64,000 nt of DNA from Octopus sinensis (Eukaryota). The position numbers and the translations under genes are program-made. A model generated the notes under the pieces. It worked only from the letters and a program-made list of their open reading frames with translations, was not told where the DNA came from and did no database searches. Below, one piece after another: positions 13,581-25,974 of this stretch. The first letter of the stretch is position 1, and every line of letters begins with the position of its first letter. The stretch is taken from NCBI RefSeq assembly GCF_006345805.1, contig NC_043002.1:23250001-23314000 (forward strand), written 5' to 3'.

Positions 13581-13795
13581 AGGCGGCGAGTTGGCAGAAA
13601 CGTTAGCGCGCCGGGCGAAATGCTTAGCGGTATTTCGTCTGTCCTTACGTTCTGAGTTCAAATTCCGCCGAGGTCGACTTTGCCTTTCATCCTTTCGGGG
13701 ATCGATAAATTAAGTACCAGTTGCATACTGAGGTCGATCTAATCGACTGGCCCCTCCCACAAAAGTTCGGGCCTTGTGCCTAGAGTAGAAAAGAA
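13581..13795 (+). mobile_element. SINE A, full-length monomer
   Basis: AGGCGGCGAGTTGGCAGAAACGTTAGC through GCCTTGTGCCTAGAGTAGAAAAG. Confidence 0.9.
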
Positions 13796-14164
13796 TGTTT
13801 GTTTCTTTTTGTCATTGAGCTTTGAGATGCTGCGAGGTGTGCTAAAAATAACAGCTAAATAAGATTTTTGGGATAAATCTTTTAAATTAAATTTACCTAT
13901 ATCTCACTCAGACATTTAAAACTAACTCTTTTTCTCTTTTAAATTATCATAAACATTTACTTACATGACAGGGAATTCTCGGAGAACATCTAATTCTTCT
14001 AAATCGTTCTGCTAAAAATTGTAATGTGCTTATCGCATGTAACGTGTTGTTTATCGCATTTGCATTAAATACTTGTGGTTGTAAGGTGTGGTAAAAATTA
14101 CAGCTAAATAAGATTTATTTACATGAAATAAAATTGCCGGAGACATAACACATAGTTTACAAAT

Positions 14165-14297
14165 ATTCTTTTCTACTCAAGGGACACGGCTCGAAATTTT
14201 AAGGGAGGGGACCATACGATTAGATTGACCTCAGTACGCAACTGGTACTTAAATTTATCGACCCCGAAAGGATGAAAGGCAAACTCGACCTCGGCGG
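14165..14297 (-). mobile_element. SINE A, 5'-truncated
   Basis: Reverse complement of the core and tail of the 13581 copy. Confidence 0.8.
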
Positions 14298-15429
14298 TGT
14301 AGTATTTTCAGAATATTGACAACAGTGTATTTTTAAAACCTTCATGCAGTTTCCGTACTTTCATATTCGTCCAAAACATTATCTTTGATTGCTATAGTAA
14401 TTCAAACCAACCGCTAACAAGCCTATGTGTTCAGCATCGATAATATTGATATCTGAAAGAGAGCATCATACAAGATTCGCATGGTAATCAGAGGTCGCCA
14501 TTTTGAATGCCAACATTTGTTAATTTGACAGAGCTCTGATTGGCTGTATGCAAATGAGTACTTTATTGAGGGTCTCGTGGGAAAAAATTTCGCTGACAGA
14601 ACGCCGGTCGTCGCAAGATTACTCATTTTACCAGCTCAGCATGAAATGAAGTGTTTTGCTCAACAACACAATGTATCACCCAGTCCAGGAATTGAAACCA
14701 CAACCTTACGATCATGAGTTCAACAACCTCACCAATAAAGTCCACGCACCTCCACGAATATCGACTCTGCGGAGTGATAATTAGTCCAGAGCGCTTTCTG
14801 TGTTACGCACTGCGTAGAAACAAATAAATAAAATATTTATAAATTATGTTATTCTTGAAATAGAAATAATTTAGTATGCAACATAAAAGACAAGACACGA
14901 GCGCAAGCACGCACTCAGACACACACACACACAAAAAGTTACATACGAGTACACACACAGACACATACACAATGCTGCACGCAGGCATACGCAAGTACGC
15001 ACATACACACACAAAGCTACAGGCAAACACACGAAAACACTCCCGTGAGCATACATAACCGCACAGAAGCACATGGAAACATACAAACGCACACACACAC
15101 AAACAACAGGCACACACAGGCACATGTTCAAACAAAGATACGTACAGACTCAAACACACCTAACAGTACATGAGCTGAAGTCACACTTGGGAAATGTACT
15201 TTAGATAAGAGTTAAGTTGCAGGCAGGTAGAACCTGGTGCACTAAAAGACCGTACATTAAAACTATTCTGGATTCGAAGTAAGACCGGAAGAGAGCAGGA
15301 AAATAAAAATGGTTGATTTTTGGCAAGATCAGTGTGTCAGGGTTCCCCGTCTAGTTACTCTGTCTTTCCTTTCCTCCCCACCCTCTCTCTCTCTCTCTCT
15401 TTTTTTTTGTGTACAGATATACATATACA

Positions 15430-15473
<44 letters not shown>

Positions 15474-15560
15474 TGTCTGTCTGTCTGTCTGTCTGTGTAG
15501 GTTTATGCCTTGACGGCAACAGCGATGTGTTCATATATATACACACACATATATATATAT

Positions 15561-15693
<133 letters not shown>

Positions 15694-15712
15694 GTGTGTG
15701 TGTGTCTGTGTA

Positions 15713-15748
<36 letters not shown>

Positions 15749-16160
15749 CACAGACACATATATATATATATACAGACACATATATATATATATATATTCT
15801 GCTTTTCAGCGCCTGTTTGCTTTCACCATCCATCAATTCTTTGTTTCAGTCACACTCTCTAATTCACACTTCCTCATACAACGCGCGCATGCGCGCATAC
15901 ATACACTCCACTTTCTCCCTCCTTCTCTCTTTCTCTCCTACTATTTTCTCTAAATCATTGTCTCACACACAGGGTACTACCCTACATGCACACACATTCA
16001 AACACCAGCATTCAGTCACATATACATGTATGTATGTATAGGTATATATGCGTATGTGTATACATATATATGTATATATCATGGACTCTTCCGTCGTTAA
16101 CCGACATATGAGAGTTCTGCAATTTCTTGCTGTACAACTTCAGGCATGATTTGTGTTTAT

Positions 16161-16437
<277 letters not shown>

Positions 16438-16859
16438 CACACACACACATTCACACTCTAACACGGACAATCATACTTTCAGATACCCATACACACTTCT
16501 AAACACCCGACAAAGAAAGAAATTTTGATTAAATCTTGTAACATACGTCATTCACTACAACCTCCGCCCCATTTTACTTGTACTTGCTATAGATCAATTT
16601 GATTTATTTCCCTTAGCTCGTTTTATTTTCTTTAAATTACGCACATGAGTATTGGTAAAAAAAAAAAACCTTCGTTAATCTTTTTCTCCATGGAAAGTTC
16701 TGTCATTGCTGTTAGTCTAATCGTTCGTGCGTCAAACAAATGCTCTGCCGCAACTGTTCCGATTGCCATCCTTCTTTGTTCAAGTCCTGCCGAGTCCAGC
16801 AATGTCTTTCATCCTTCCGTAGTCGATAAATTAAAGTAAGAATCAAATTTTGGAACCAA

Positions 16860-16865
16860 TCTCTC

Positions 16866-16915
<50 letters not shown>

Positions 16916-17252
16916 TCCCATTCTATGTTTTAATCCTCTCTCTTTTCGTTCTTTTTTTCTCACTTCTTTATCTTCTCTCTTACATTCCCTCTCTTGCTCT
17001 CGCTCTCTCACTCTCTCTCTCTCTCTCTTACTTTGTCTCTTTCTCCTTTCCCTCTGTCTCATTCTAATTCATTTTTGTCCCATTTTAACTCTCTCTTTCT
17101 CTCCCTCTTTCTCTCTCTCTTTCTCTCTCTCTCTTTCTGTCTATCTCTCCTTCTCTCTTTCTTTCTCTGTCTCTCTTTCTATCTCTCTCCCACTCTCTTT
17201 CTTTCTCGCTCTCTTTCTTTCTTTCTCTCTCGCTTCCTTATCCTCTCTTTCT
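16860..17252. repeat. Degenerate (CT)n polypyrimidine tract; a similar tract lies at 62915-63160
   Basis: Directly visible. Confidence 0.9.
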
Positions 17253-17629
17253 GCACATTCAGGAGAGCACAGGGAACAACTTACAATATTTCTGTAATAC
17301 AAGACAATCACTTCCGCTGTTTAACAGTCGGAGAATAGGTCAATAGGTGAAATATGGCACATTACGAGAATGAAAATTCCTTAAACGGATCGACGCAGGC
17401 TTGCTTAGATAACATTATACTGACATGGTCTAATAGTACCAAACCAGCTCCATAGATTTTCTCTTTTATATATCTGCATACTATCTAACCACCCCAAGAA
17501 CATTATTCATAACTTAGTTTTAAATATTTCACATGCATTCAGAATACTTCGCCAGCAAACATTCACAAATTCTTATGAACACTACAATGATGTTTTACAT
17601 ATGTTTAAAATACTACAAGAACTGTAACC

Positions 17630-17720
17630 CATACAAGCTAGAAAAGGAAATTATCTGATACAATCCTCCTTTCAATTTAACACTCGCTACCGTAATTTCA
17701 TCTAATTTTCTTCGTCTTAC
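17630..17720 (+). pseudogene. Possible PLE RT C-terminal remnant
   Basis: EKEII*YNPPFN resembles the PLE motif R.IIW(F/Y)NPP(F/Y) with a TGG-to-TGA change. It is a short match only. Confidence 0.3.
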
Positions 17721-17979
17721 TTCCATCCACAAAACGTGTGTGTGTGTGTTTATATCAAAAGTTTTCTCTGAGTTGGGCTATTCACGGTGGTTGTGAACAG
17801 TCAAATCCGGGGTGAAACCCTGAACAGGTTGTCAAATTTTCACATAATAAATCTATCTACCTACGCTAGCCAATACATTATATGTATATATGTATAAGCC
17901 TGATATTCTTTTCTTTTAATGTTCTTCCTACAGTAAATGAATTTTTTTTTATGTTCGCCACCCGCAAATACCTTTGCCA

Positions 17980-18060
<81 letters not shown>

Positions 18061-18067
18061 ATATATG

Positions 18068-18185
18068 TTGTTGTATTTAGGAATGGTCATATTGCCAGTT
18101 TAGCCAATAAAAACACACGCACTATATATTTGGTGTTACTTTGTTTCAGCTAAACTGGCAAAATGACCATTCCTAAATACAACAA
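18068..18185. mobile_element. Short fold-back/MITE-like element with 37-bp inverted arms
   Basis: TTGTTGTATTTAGGAATGGTCATATTGCCAGTTTAGC versus GCTAAACTGGCAAAATGACCATTCCTAAATACAACAA (1 mismatch). A non-folded relative lies at ~40520-40600. Confidence 0.75.
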
Positions 18186-18395
18186 TATCTGTTTCAACAC
18201 ACGATTTCACATCAAAAATCTTGCAAAACAAATATATATATATTATATATATATATATATTATAATATATATATATAATATATATATTATATATATACAC
18301 AGTGACGCTTTACTATAGCGTCGTATATTATCGACTGCTAATTCCAGTAAATATTGGTGCATTGTTGTACCACTATTCTATATGTATATATGTAT

Positions 18396-18501
<106 letters not shown>

Positions 18502-19155
18502 CTGATACCTATCTTTATATTGAAATTATCGCGGAGCGTTTGCATAAAAAGGCATTTTGTGTTGTGAGTGTATGTGCGCGCTTGCGTGTGACGTGTGTGT
18601 AGATTACTACTAAATACTTATACATATAATTGAACATAACACCTCATTTTAATTAATTAAACAAATATTCAATTTTTAATGTTCATTTCAGTGATTCGAG
18701 CAAAGCATTTTTTCACAGCAAATTCTATCTGTGATCTTCATATTTCAGTGTTGCGAATGCGTATAATTTGAAATACAAACCATACATTTTGCTGCTACTG
18801 CTGCTGCTACTGCTGAAGATATTAATTAACCACAGAATTCGATGAGTTTCTGATTGCCAGTCACAATGCGTCATGAGATTAAGTACATATGTGTGCATAA
18901 GTGTATATGTACGCGAGAGTGTGTGTATGTGTGTGCGTGTGTGTGTCTGTGTATGTGTGTGTTTGTGTGTGTACATACATGCTAGTGCAGCTTTATGTGA
19001 TACGAAGTCCCAAAAAGAATCATCTCACTTTCTGTCGAAGGTTTATAAGCTTTTATGACGTCAGCAATGTATGTGTGTGTATATATCCAACTACATGTCA
19101 GTCTACTTCATTTTGTTTTTCCTCCAAAAGTTATAGAGAAATAAAAAGAGTGCCA

Positions 19156-19224
<69 letters not shown>

Positions 19225-19227
<3 letters not shown>

Positions 19228-19432
19228 CGGGAAGCTTTATGAAAATAAACAAAAGACGAAGGCAGGTGGAGTACAAACAAACAATTGTATTAGTATGGCG
19301 CTCAGGAATATAAATAAAACAAGTCTTTTACGTTTCGAGCCTACGCTCTTCAACAGAAAGATACACAGAAAAGAAACACGGAGAGAAACAAGGAGAGAAA
19401 AAAATGCGTGCAAGCTAGCGAATCAACATGGC
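19225..19432 (-). mobile_element. Non-coding PLE-like repeat between (TA)n tracts, with a hammerhead-like motif at 19324-19361
   Basis: Minus strand reads TCTTT-CTGTTGA-A-GAGC-GTAG-GCTC-GAAA-CGT-A-AAAGA. It shares CCTGAGCG..AATA and neighbouring sequence with the 39665 and 57975 copies. Confidence 0.65.
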
Positions 19433-19535
19433 GATATATATATATAATATATATTCATATAATAATATACATATATATTCATATATATATATATTATATA
19501 TATATTATTCATTATAATAATATACATATATATTC

Positions 19536-19567
<32 letters not shown>

Positions 19568-19600
19568 GTATATATTATATATATATATATATATATTGTA

Positions 19601-19631
<31 letters not shown>

Positions 19632-19678
19632 TGTGTGTGGAATATATTGTATATTATTATACTCCCTTATATTATATT

Positions 19679-19733
<55 letters not shown>

Positions 19734-19746
19734 TAATATATATATA

Positions 19747-20400
19747 TATAATTATAAGCATAAGTATAATTAGGGTTCAGCAAAATTGCTTCACCACATA
19801 CCGAAATTTAGAAATTGCAGTTAAATACTATTCCAGGTAAAGAGAAAAAAAAGATGTAAAATCATATTTCTACTCACTCCCGTCTTCAGTATAGTATTTC
19901 AATTTTAAATTTGAGGGCACTGATAATTAACATACGTACTCGACCAAGCGCCATTGAGCAGCATATATCAAGCTGCTCGATGGCGCTTAGTCGAGTACGT
20001 ATGTTAATTATCAGTGCCCTCAAATTTAAAATTGAAATACTATACTGAAGACGGGAGTAAGTGAGTAGAAATAGGATTTTACATCTTTTTACGTCTCTTT
20101 AACCCAGAAACGCGTATATAGTTATTCAAAGCCGGGTGGATTCGTTATTTTTTTCTCTCTTTACCTGCGTGAGTTGAGAGTATTGCTGTCTGGCAGATAT
20201 CCTATGGTAGTAGAATAGTATTTCTAAATTTCGGTATGTGGTGAAGCAATTTTTGCTGAACCCTAATTATAATTATGCTTATAATTATAGAATTTTTGTA
20301 TAAGGTTACAGATAATGGTTCTTTTAACATACCGAACTACTGGTAAAATTAGTAATTTTTAATTGATAATTAATTTTACCCTTATTATTATTCATTATAT
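19747..20400. mobile_element. Fold-back element: ~270-bp inverted arms around a 9-nt loop at 19963-19971; probably a PLE derivative
   Basis: Near-perfect inner arms (~19851-19962 vs 19972-20090). Outer arms TAGGGTTCAGCAAAATTGCTTCACCACATACCGAAATTTAG are inverted. The end TAATTTTACCCTTATTATT resembles the reverse complement of 53056-53090. Confidence 0.75.
20032..20129 (+). ncRNA. Type I hammerhead-ribozyme-like motif with a palindromic helix III
   Basis: Stem I ACTATA/TATAGT plus TTGAA/TTCAA, core CTGAAGA (20045-51), long foldable stem II, GAAA (20107-10), ACGCGT palindrome and H17=A (20116). Confidence 0.5.
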
Positions 20401-20541
20401 ATATATTGATATATATATATATATATATAATATTATATATATATATACATAATTAATTTTACCCTTTATTATTATTATTATATATATATTGATATATTAT
20501 ATATATATAGTATATATATATATATATATATATATACAATA

Positions 20542-20746
20542 TACGAGGCACTAATTGTTTCTTGCAGTGAAGACACGTGATTAGGCAGCTTTTATAGAAC
20601 GCCCTGAGTGTGCAAGCAATATATTCAGGCTCTCTGAGCACATAGTCTGTTCTCTCAGAGTCTGAAGATTGCTTGCAGACACAAGGCGGATTATAACAGT
20701 TACTTAAATACGTGTCTTCGCTGCAAGCAAGTATCAGTAGCTCGTA
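20542..20746. mobile_element. Mariner-type hairpin MITE flanked by TA
   Basis: Termini TA-CGAG...CTCG-TA. Internal pairings CTTGCAGTGAAGACACGT/ACGTGTCTTCGCTGCAAG, GCAAGCAAT/ATTGCTTGC and CTCTGAG/CTCAGAG. Confidence 0.75.
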
Positions 20747-20843
20747 TCATCATACTGTATACATTAAATGATATTTATCTCTCCCTGGACGGAGTACTTT
20801 TTTGTTTATCTTCCCTTAATGGAAAAATAAATACGTGTGTGTG

Positions 20844-20879
<36 letters not shown>

Positions 20880-21327
20880 TGTATGTATGTATGTATGTAT
20901 GTACCATTCAATGTATGTACCATGTATGTATGTATGTACCATTCAAGCCGTGGTCGATTTATCTAACAGTTGGTTATAAATCTACCTGCCTGTGGTGACC
21001 AACTGTTGCTTGGGTAGGGATATTCGCATGATCGGAAGACTAGCACTGGCCGTTGGCACTTAGACAATTGCTAAGATCGATATAATCGATTAAGTATCCC
21101 CACCCACACCTAATTGTGGTCTTGTGCTTATTTCTGATATTGTTATTACTGTAGTTTTTTTTCTTTTCATTAGTGCTTGATTTTGTTAATGAGATTTTCG
21201 CTGCCACCACCGGTTACTCTTTTGTCTTTGTTCTTGTGATCTTAGTAGTGGTAGTAGCCGTCGCAGCAGTAGCAGTAGTAGTAGTAGTAGTAGTAGTAGT
21301 AGCAGCAGTAGTAGTAGTAGTAGTAGC

Positions 21328-21394
<67 letters not shown>

Positions 21395-21438
21395 ATGGTG
21401 GTGGTGGTGTAGAAACGATTAAATGGTGGACAATGATT

Positions 21439-21793
21439 TACTCTTTTACTTGTTTCAGTCTGCGGCCATGCTGGAGTACCGCCTTTAGTCGAGCAAATCG
21501 ACCCCAGGACTTATTCTTTGTAAGCATAGTACTTATTCTATCGGTCTATTTTGCCGAACCGCTAATGTTAAGGGGACGTAAACACACCAGTATCGGTTGT
21601 CAAGCGATGCTGGAGGAACAAACACAGACACACATACATATATATATATACGTCGGGCTTCTTTCAGTTCTGTCTACCAAATCCACTCACGGCCCGAAAC
21701 TATAGAAGAAGACACTTGCCCAAAGTGCCACGCCGTGGGACTGAAGCCAGAATCATGTGGTTGGTAAGCAAGCTACTTACCACACAACCACTC
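21439..21793 (-). mobile_element. SINE C, full length
   Basis: Head ACCACACAACCACTC through tail TACTCTTTTACTTGTTTCAGTC, with an internal (TA/CA)n tract. Confidence 0.9.
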
Positions 21794-21795
21794 AT

Positions 21796-21846
<51 letters not shown>

Positions 21847-22230
21847 GAAAAATTTAGCAACATCTCTTTGCATTCTAAGATCAAAATCAATAAGGGCCGT
21901 CTTTGCTTCCTATCCATTCTGGGTGGATAAAATGATAAGTACCACTGTAATCCCACCCTTAGAAATGTGGTCTTGGGCTTGTATCGATTTCAAATTTTGG
22001 CACAAGACCAGCAATTTCTGGGGAAGGAGGTAAGTCGATTACATCGACCCAGTTTTCAACAACTACAACAACAACAACAGTTTTTTTTCTGCCCCAATTT
22101 ATGCCGTTGAACCTGTTGTAGATGTTGCTGTTGTTGTTACTACCGTTATGGTTGGAGTTGATTCGTTAAATTGTGTTGTTACTGTTGTTGCTGTTGGTTA
22201 CATTGTCTTAATTAATATTATTCCTATATA

Positions 22231-23085
22231 AAGCGGCGAGTTGGCAGAATCGTTAGCACGCCGGGCAAAATGCTTAGCGGTATTTCGTCCGCCGTTACGT
22301 TCTGAGTTCAAACTCCGCCGAGGTCGACTTTGCCTTTCATCCTTTCGGGGTCGAGTAAATAAGTACCAGTTACGCACTGGGGTCGATATAATCGACTTAA
22401 TCCGTTTGTCTGTCCTTGTTTGTCCCCTCTGTGTGTAGCCCCTTGTGGGCAGTAAAGAAATAGGTATTTCGTCTGCCGCTACGTTCTGAGTTCGAATTCC
22501 ACCGAGGTCGACTTTGCTTTTCATTCTTTCGGGGCCGATTAAATAAGTACCAGTTACGCATTGGGGTCGATATAATTGACTTAATCCGTTTGTCTGTCCT
22601 TGTTTGTCCCCTCTGTATGTAGCCCCTTGTGGGCAGTAAAGAAATAAGAAACGTTAGCACCCCGGGCGAAATGCTTAGCGGTGTTTCGTCTGACTTTACT
22701 TTCTCAGTTCAAATTCCGCCGAGGTCGATTTTGCCTTTCATCCTTTCGGGGTCGACAAACTAAGTACCAGTTGCGTACTGAGCTCGATCTTATTGACTGG
22801 AACCTTCCTCAAAAATTCCAGGCCTTGTGCATAGAGTAGAAAGGAATATCATTCCTATATTTTTAAGGTGGCAAGCTGGCAAAATTGTCAACAAGCCGGA
22901 CAAAATGCTTAGCGGCATTTCGTCTGTCTTTACTTTCTGAATTCAAATTCTGCCTAGATCGACCTTTGCCTTTCATCCTCTCGGAATCGATTAAATAAGT
23001 ACCAGTTTTGTACTGGGGTCGATGTAATCGATCAGCACCCTTCTCCAAAATCTTAGGCCTTGTGCCTTTAGTAGAAATTATTATC
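22231..23085 (+). mobile_element. SINE A concatemer (3 units) followed by a separate A monomer
   Basis: Junctions AAGAAATAGGTATTTCG (~22455-71) and AAAGAAATAAGAAACGTTAGC (~22638-58). The monomer lies at 22865-23085. Confidence 0.9.
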
Positions 23086-23399
23086 ATTTATTGAAGCCAT
23101 TGTCAAGGATTTAAAATGGTGTTGCTGTTTCTATTGGTGCCGACGTTGCTGCTGATGACGACGACGATGACGACGACGACGATGATGATGATGATGTTGA
23201 TGAAGCTATTACAGTTATTATTGCTATTATTGCTGCTGTTGTTGTTGTTTGTTGTGTTCTAATTGCTGTGCCCTTTGTTGATTTGACTTTGCCGTTGGTG
23301 TTGTTGCCACCAATTTTTGCGTTAATTCAGATTGTTGTTGTCGTTGCTATTGTTGTCATTGCTGCAGCAATGGCAGTAGTAGTAGTAGTAGTAGTAGTA

Positions 23400-23449
<50 letters not shown>

Positions 23450-24000
23450 AATAATGAAATAAAGTGTCTCTCCCAGTTCCTTTACACTTTACACAAAAAT
23501 ACAGTAACTCTTCCATTGTTTGTAACTCATAACTGCATATTTTCTTTCCCTTATTCCATTTTGTTGTCTTCCATCTTTTCCTTTTCTTTTTATTTATCAT
23601 TCCATATTTCCTTGGTTTGTTTGGATGCATTGTTTCGCCTTTTGAAGGGGTTTTTTTTTGCTTTGTTTTTTGGGGTTTTTTTTTTCTTTCCCCAGTTAAA
23701 ACTGTCCAGTTTAATCAAGATTGACCTCGATATGGAATAATTGATATTTTTGGGTGAATGACTCCGACTGAAAAAACGGAAAAGAGGCGGGAGAACATGT
23801 ATGTGTGCGTCTATGTGGGGGAGCTGTGCATGTGTGTACATGTATGCATGTATGTATATACGTGTATGTATGCATATATATGTGTGTGTACATATGTACA
23901 TTCATACATGCATATACCTATATATATATATGTGTATGTGTGTGTATATATGCACACATGTCTATATATATATGTGTGTGTGTGTGTATGTATATTTATA

Positions 24001-24047
<47 letters not shown>

Positions 24048-24130
24048 TCTTTTTGGTTTCTTTGCTTTTATCTATTTTATTAATTCACTCATTCGTGTAA
24101 TTACTACATTTCAAGTATGATATCGAAATC

Positions 24131-24184
<54 letters not shown>

Positions 24185-24280
24185 CACATGCGAAAATTTA
24201 TTCAGAAACGTATATTGATTTTTAAAATAAAATTCGTTTCTTTTTCTTTTTTTGCGGTCCTGTATTTTTGCTTTTGGCTC

Positions 24281-24314
<34 letters not shown>

Positions 24315-24675
24315 TTATTATTATTATTATTATTAATATTTGTCTAAATATTGGCGTGTAGGGGGAAGGGTCGAGAAATATTGGCGTGTAGGGGGAAAGG
24401 TCGAGAAAGTAGAACGCCGTACTGGATGCTTTATGCAGCATTTCTCTTTCAGTAACACAGTTTTCTTAGTGTTGGGGTACGGTGGAGTACGGTAGGGTAC
24501 GGTGGGGTGCGGTGGACTTTTTTTTTTTCATCCGTTCCAGGTTACAAAACGAAAAACGAAAAACAAAAGAAACAATCGACTACCAAAACAATATTGAGGA
24601 TTGTTTCACTCACTTTTTCCATCGAAAATTGATCTTGTGCCAACTGAGGAAGGAAATCTTTAACATCAACACAAC

Positions 24676-24689
<14 letters not shown>

Positions 24690-24731
<42 letters not shown>

Positions 24732-25013
24732 ATGGTGGTGGTGGTGGTGGTGGTGGTGGTGGTGGTAGTATAGAAACGATTAAATGGTGGGCAAGGATTT
24801 GAAATCTTTAGCAACATCTCTCGGCATTCTAAGATCAAAATCACCAACGGCCGTCTTTGCTTCCTATCCATTCTGGGTGGATAAAATAATAAGTACCACT
24901 GTAACCCCACCCTTAGAAATGTGGTCTTGGGCTTGTATCGATTTCAAATTTTGGCACAAGGCCAGCAATTTCCGGGGAGGAGGTAAGTCGATTACATCGA
25001 CCCAGTATTCAAC
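24690..25013 (+). repeat. Local duplication partner of ~21350-21438 plus 21846-22060
   Basis: Both share (GTA)n(GGT)n-AGAAACGATTAAATGGTGG and ~210 bp of an identical chimeric SINE-fragment junction. Confidence 0.85.
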
Positions 25014-25974
25014 TGGTAGCGTTTCTGCCAGCTCGCCGCCTTGGCTGTGATAGAATATCAAGTGTTGACTGTATAAAATATGTATAAAATATATGGTGTT
25101 GTATGTTTCGTGTTTGTTGGCTTCCTTGAAGGAAGAAAACAGTTTTATTCACATTTATTTTTCTGTCATTTGTGTTTTATCTTTTAATCTTTTACTGGCT
25201 TCATTCATTTGATTGCGGCCATGCTGGAGCACCACTTTGAAAAGTATTCTGTCAAACAAATCGCCTCCAGTGCTTATTTTTAAGTCTGACACTTATTCTA
25301 TCGGTCTCTTTTGCCGAACCGGTGAGTGACATGGACGGGAACAAACCAACACCGGTTGCACATCATTGGGGAGGAGAGACAAAAACAAACATAGACGTGC
25401 CCCAGCATGGCCACAGCTCATGAGCTGAAACTAGATCAAAAAATCAACATACATATTTACACACATATATATCTATGGACGCAGATACACACAACGACCT
25501 TCCTCACAGTTTCCGTCTACCAAATTTTCTCTCAAGGCATTGGTTATTCAGGGGCTGTAATAGCGAGACGCTTAACCAAGGGACCTCGCAGCGGGACTAA
25601 AAAAGAAACCCTGAGTTGTAAAACGAGCTTCATAACGACACATATAGCTTTTTTGCATTAGTTTTCCACTGTATTTTGTCAAATATCTTAGTAGCCCTAC
25701 ACTGGGTAGTTTATAATAGTGTTCTATTATAACGCAGAAACCCTCGACCTCGCTGTATTAGCAGGAAATATAGTATTTTTATTACAGATTTTGGATAATG
25801 TACGTATTCTTAACACATCATTGCTTTCTGTCTGGTTTTGCTAACTTTATTCAGTGACCACTATAACTTATTACTGCGATATAAGCCATAGTTATTACGT
25901 TTTTTTTTTTTTTTGCAATTAATTGTATTTTAAGAATTAATCTAATGTATCAGTAATATTCTGTCCTAAGTTCT

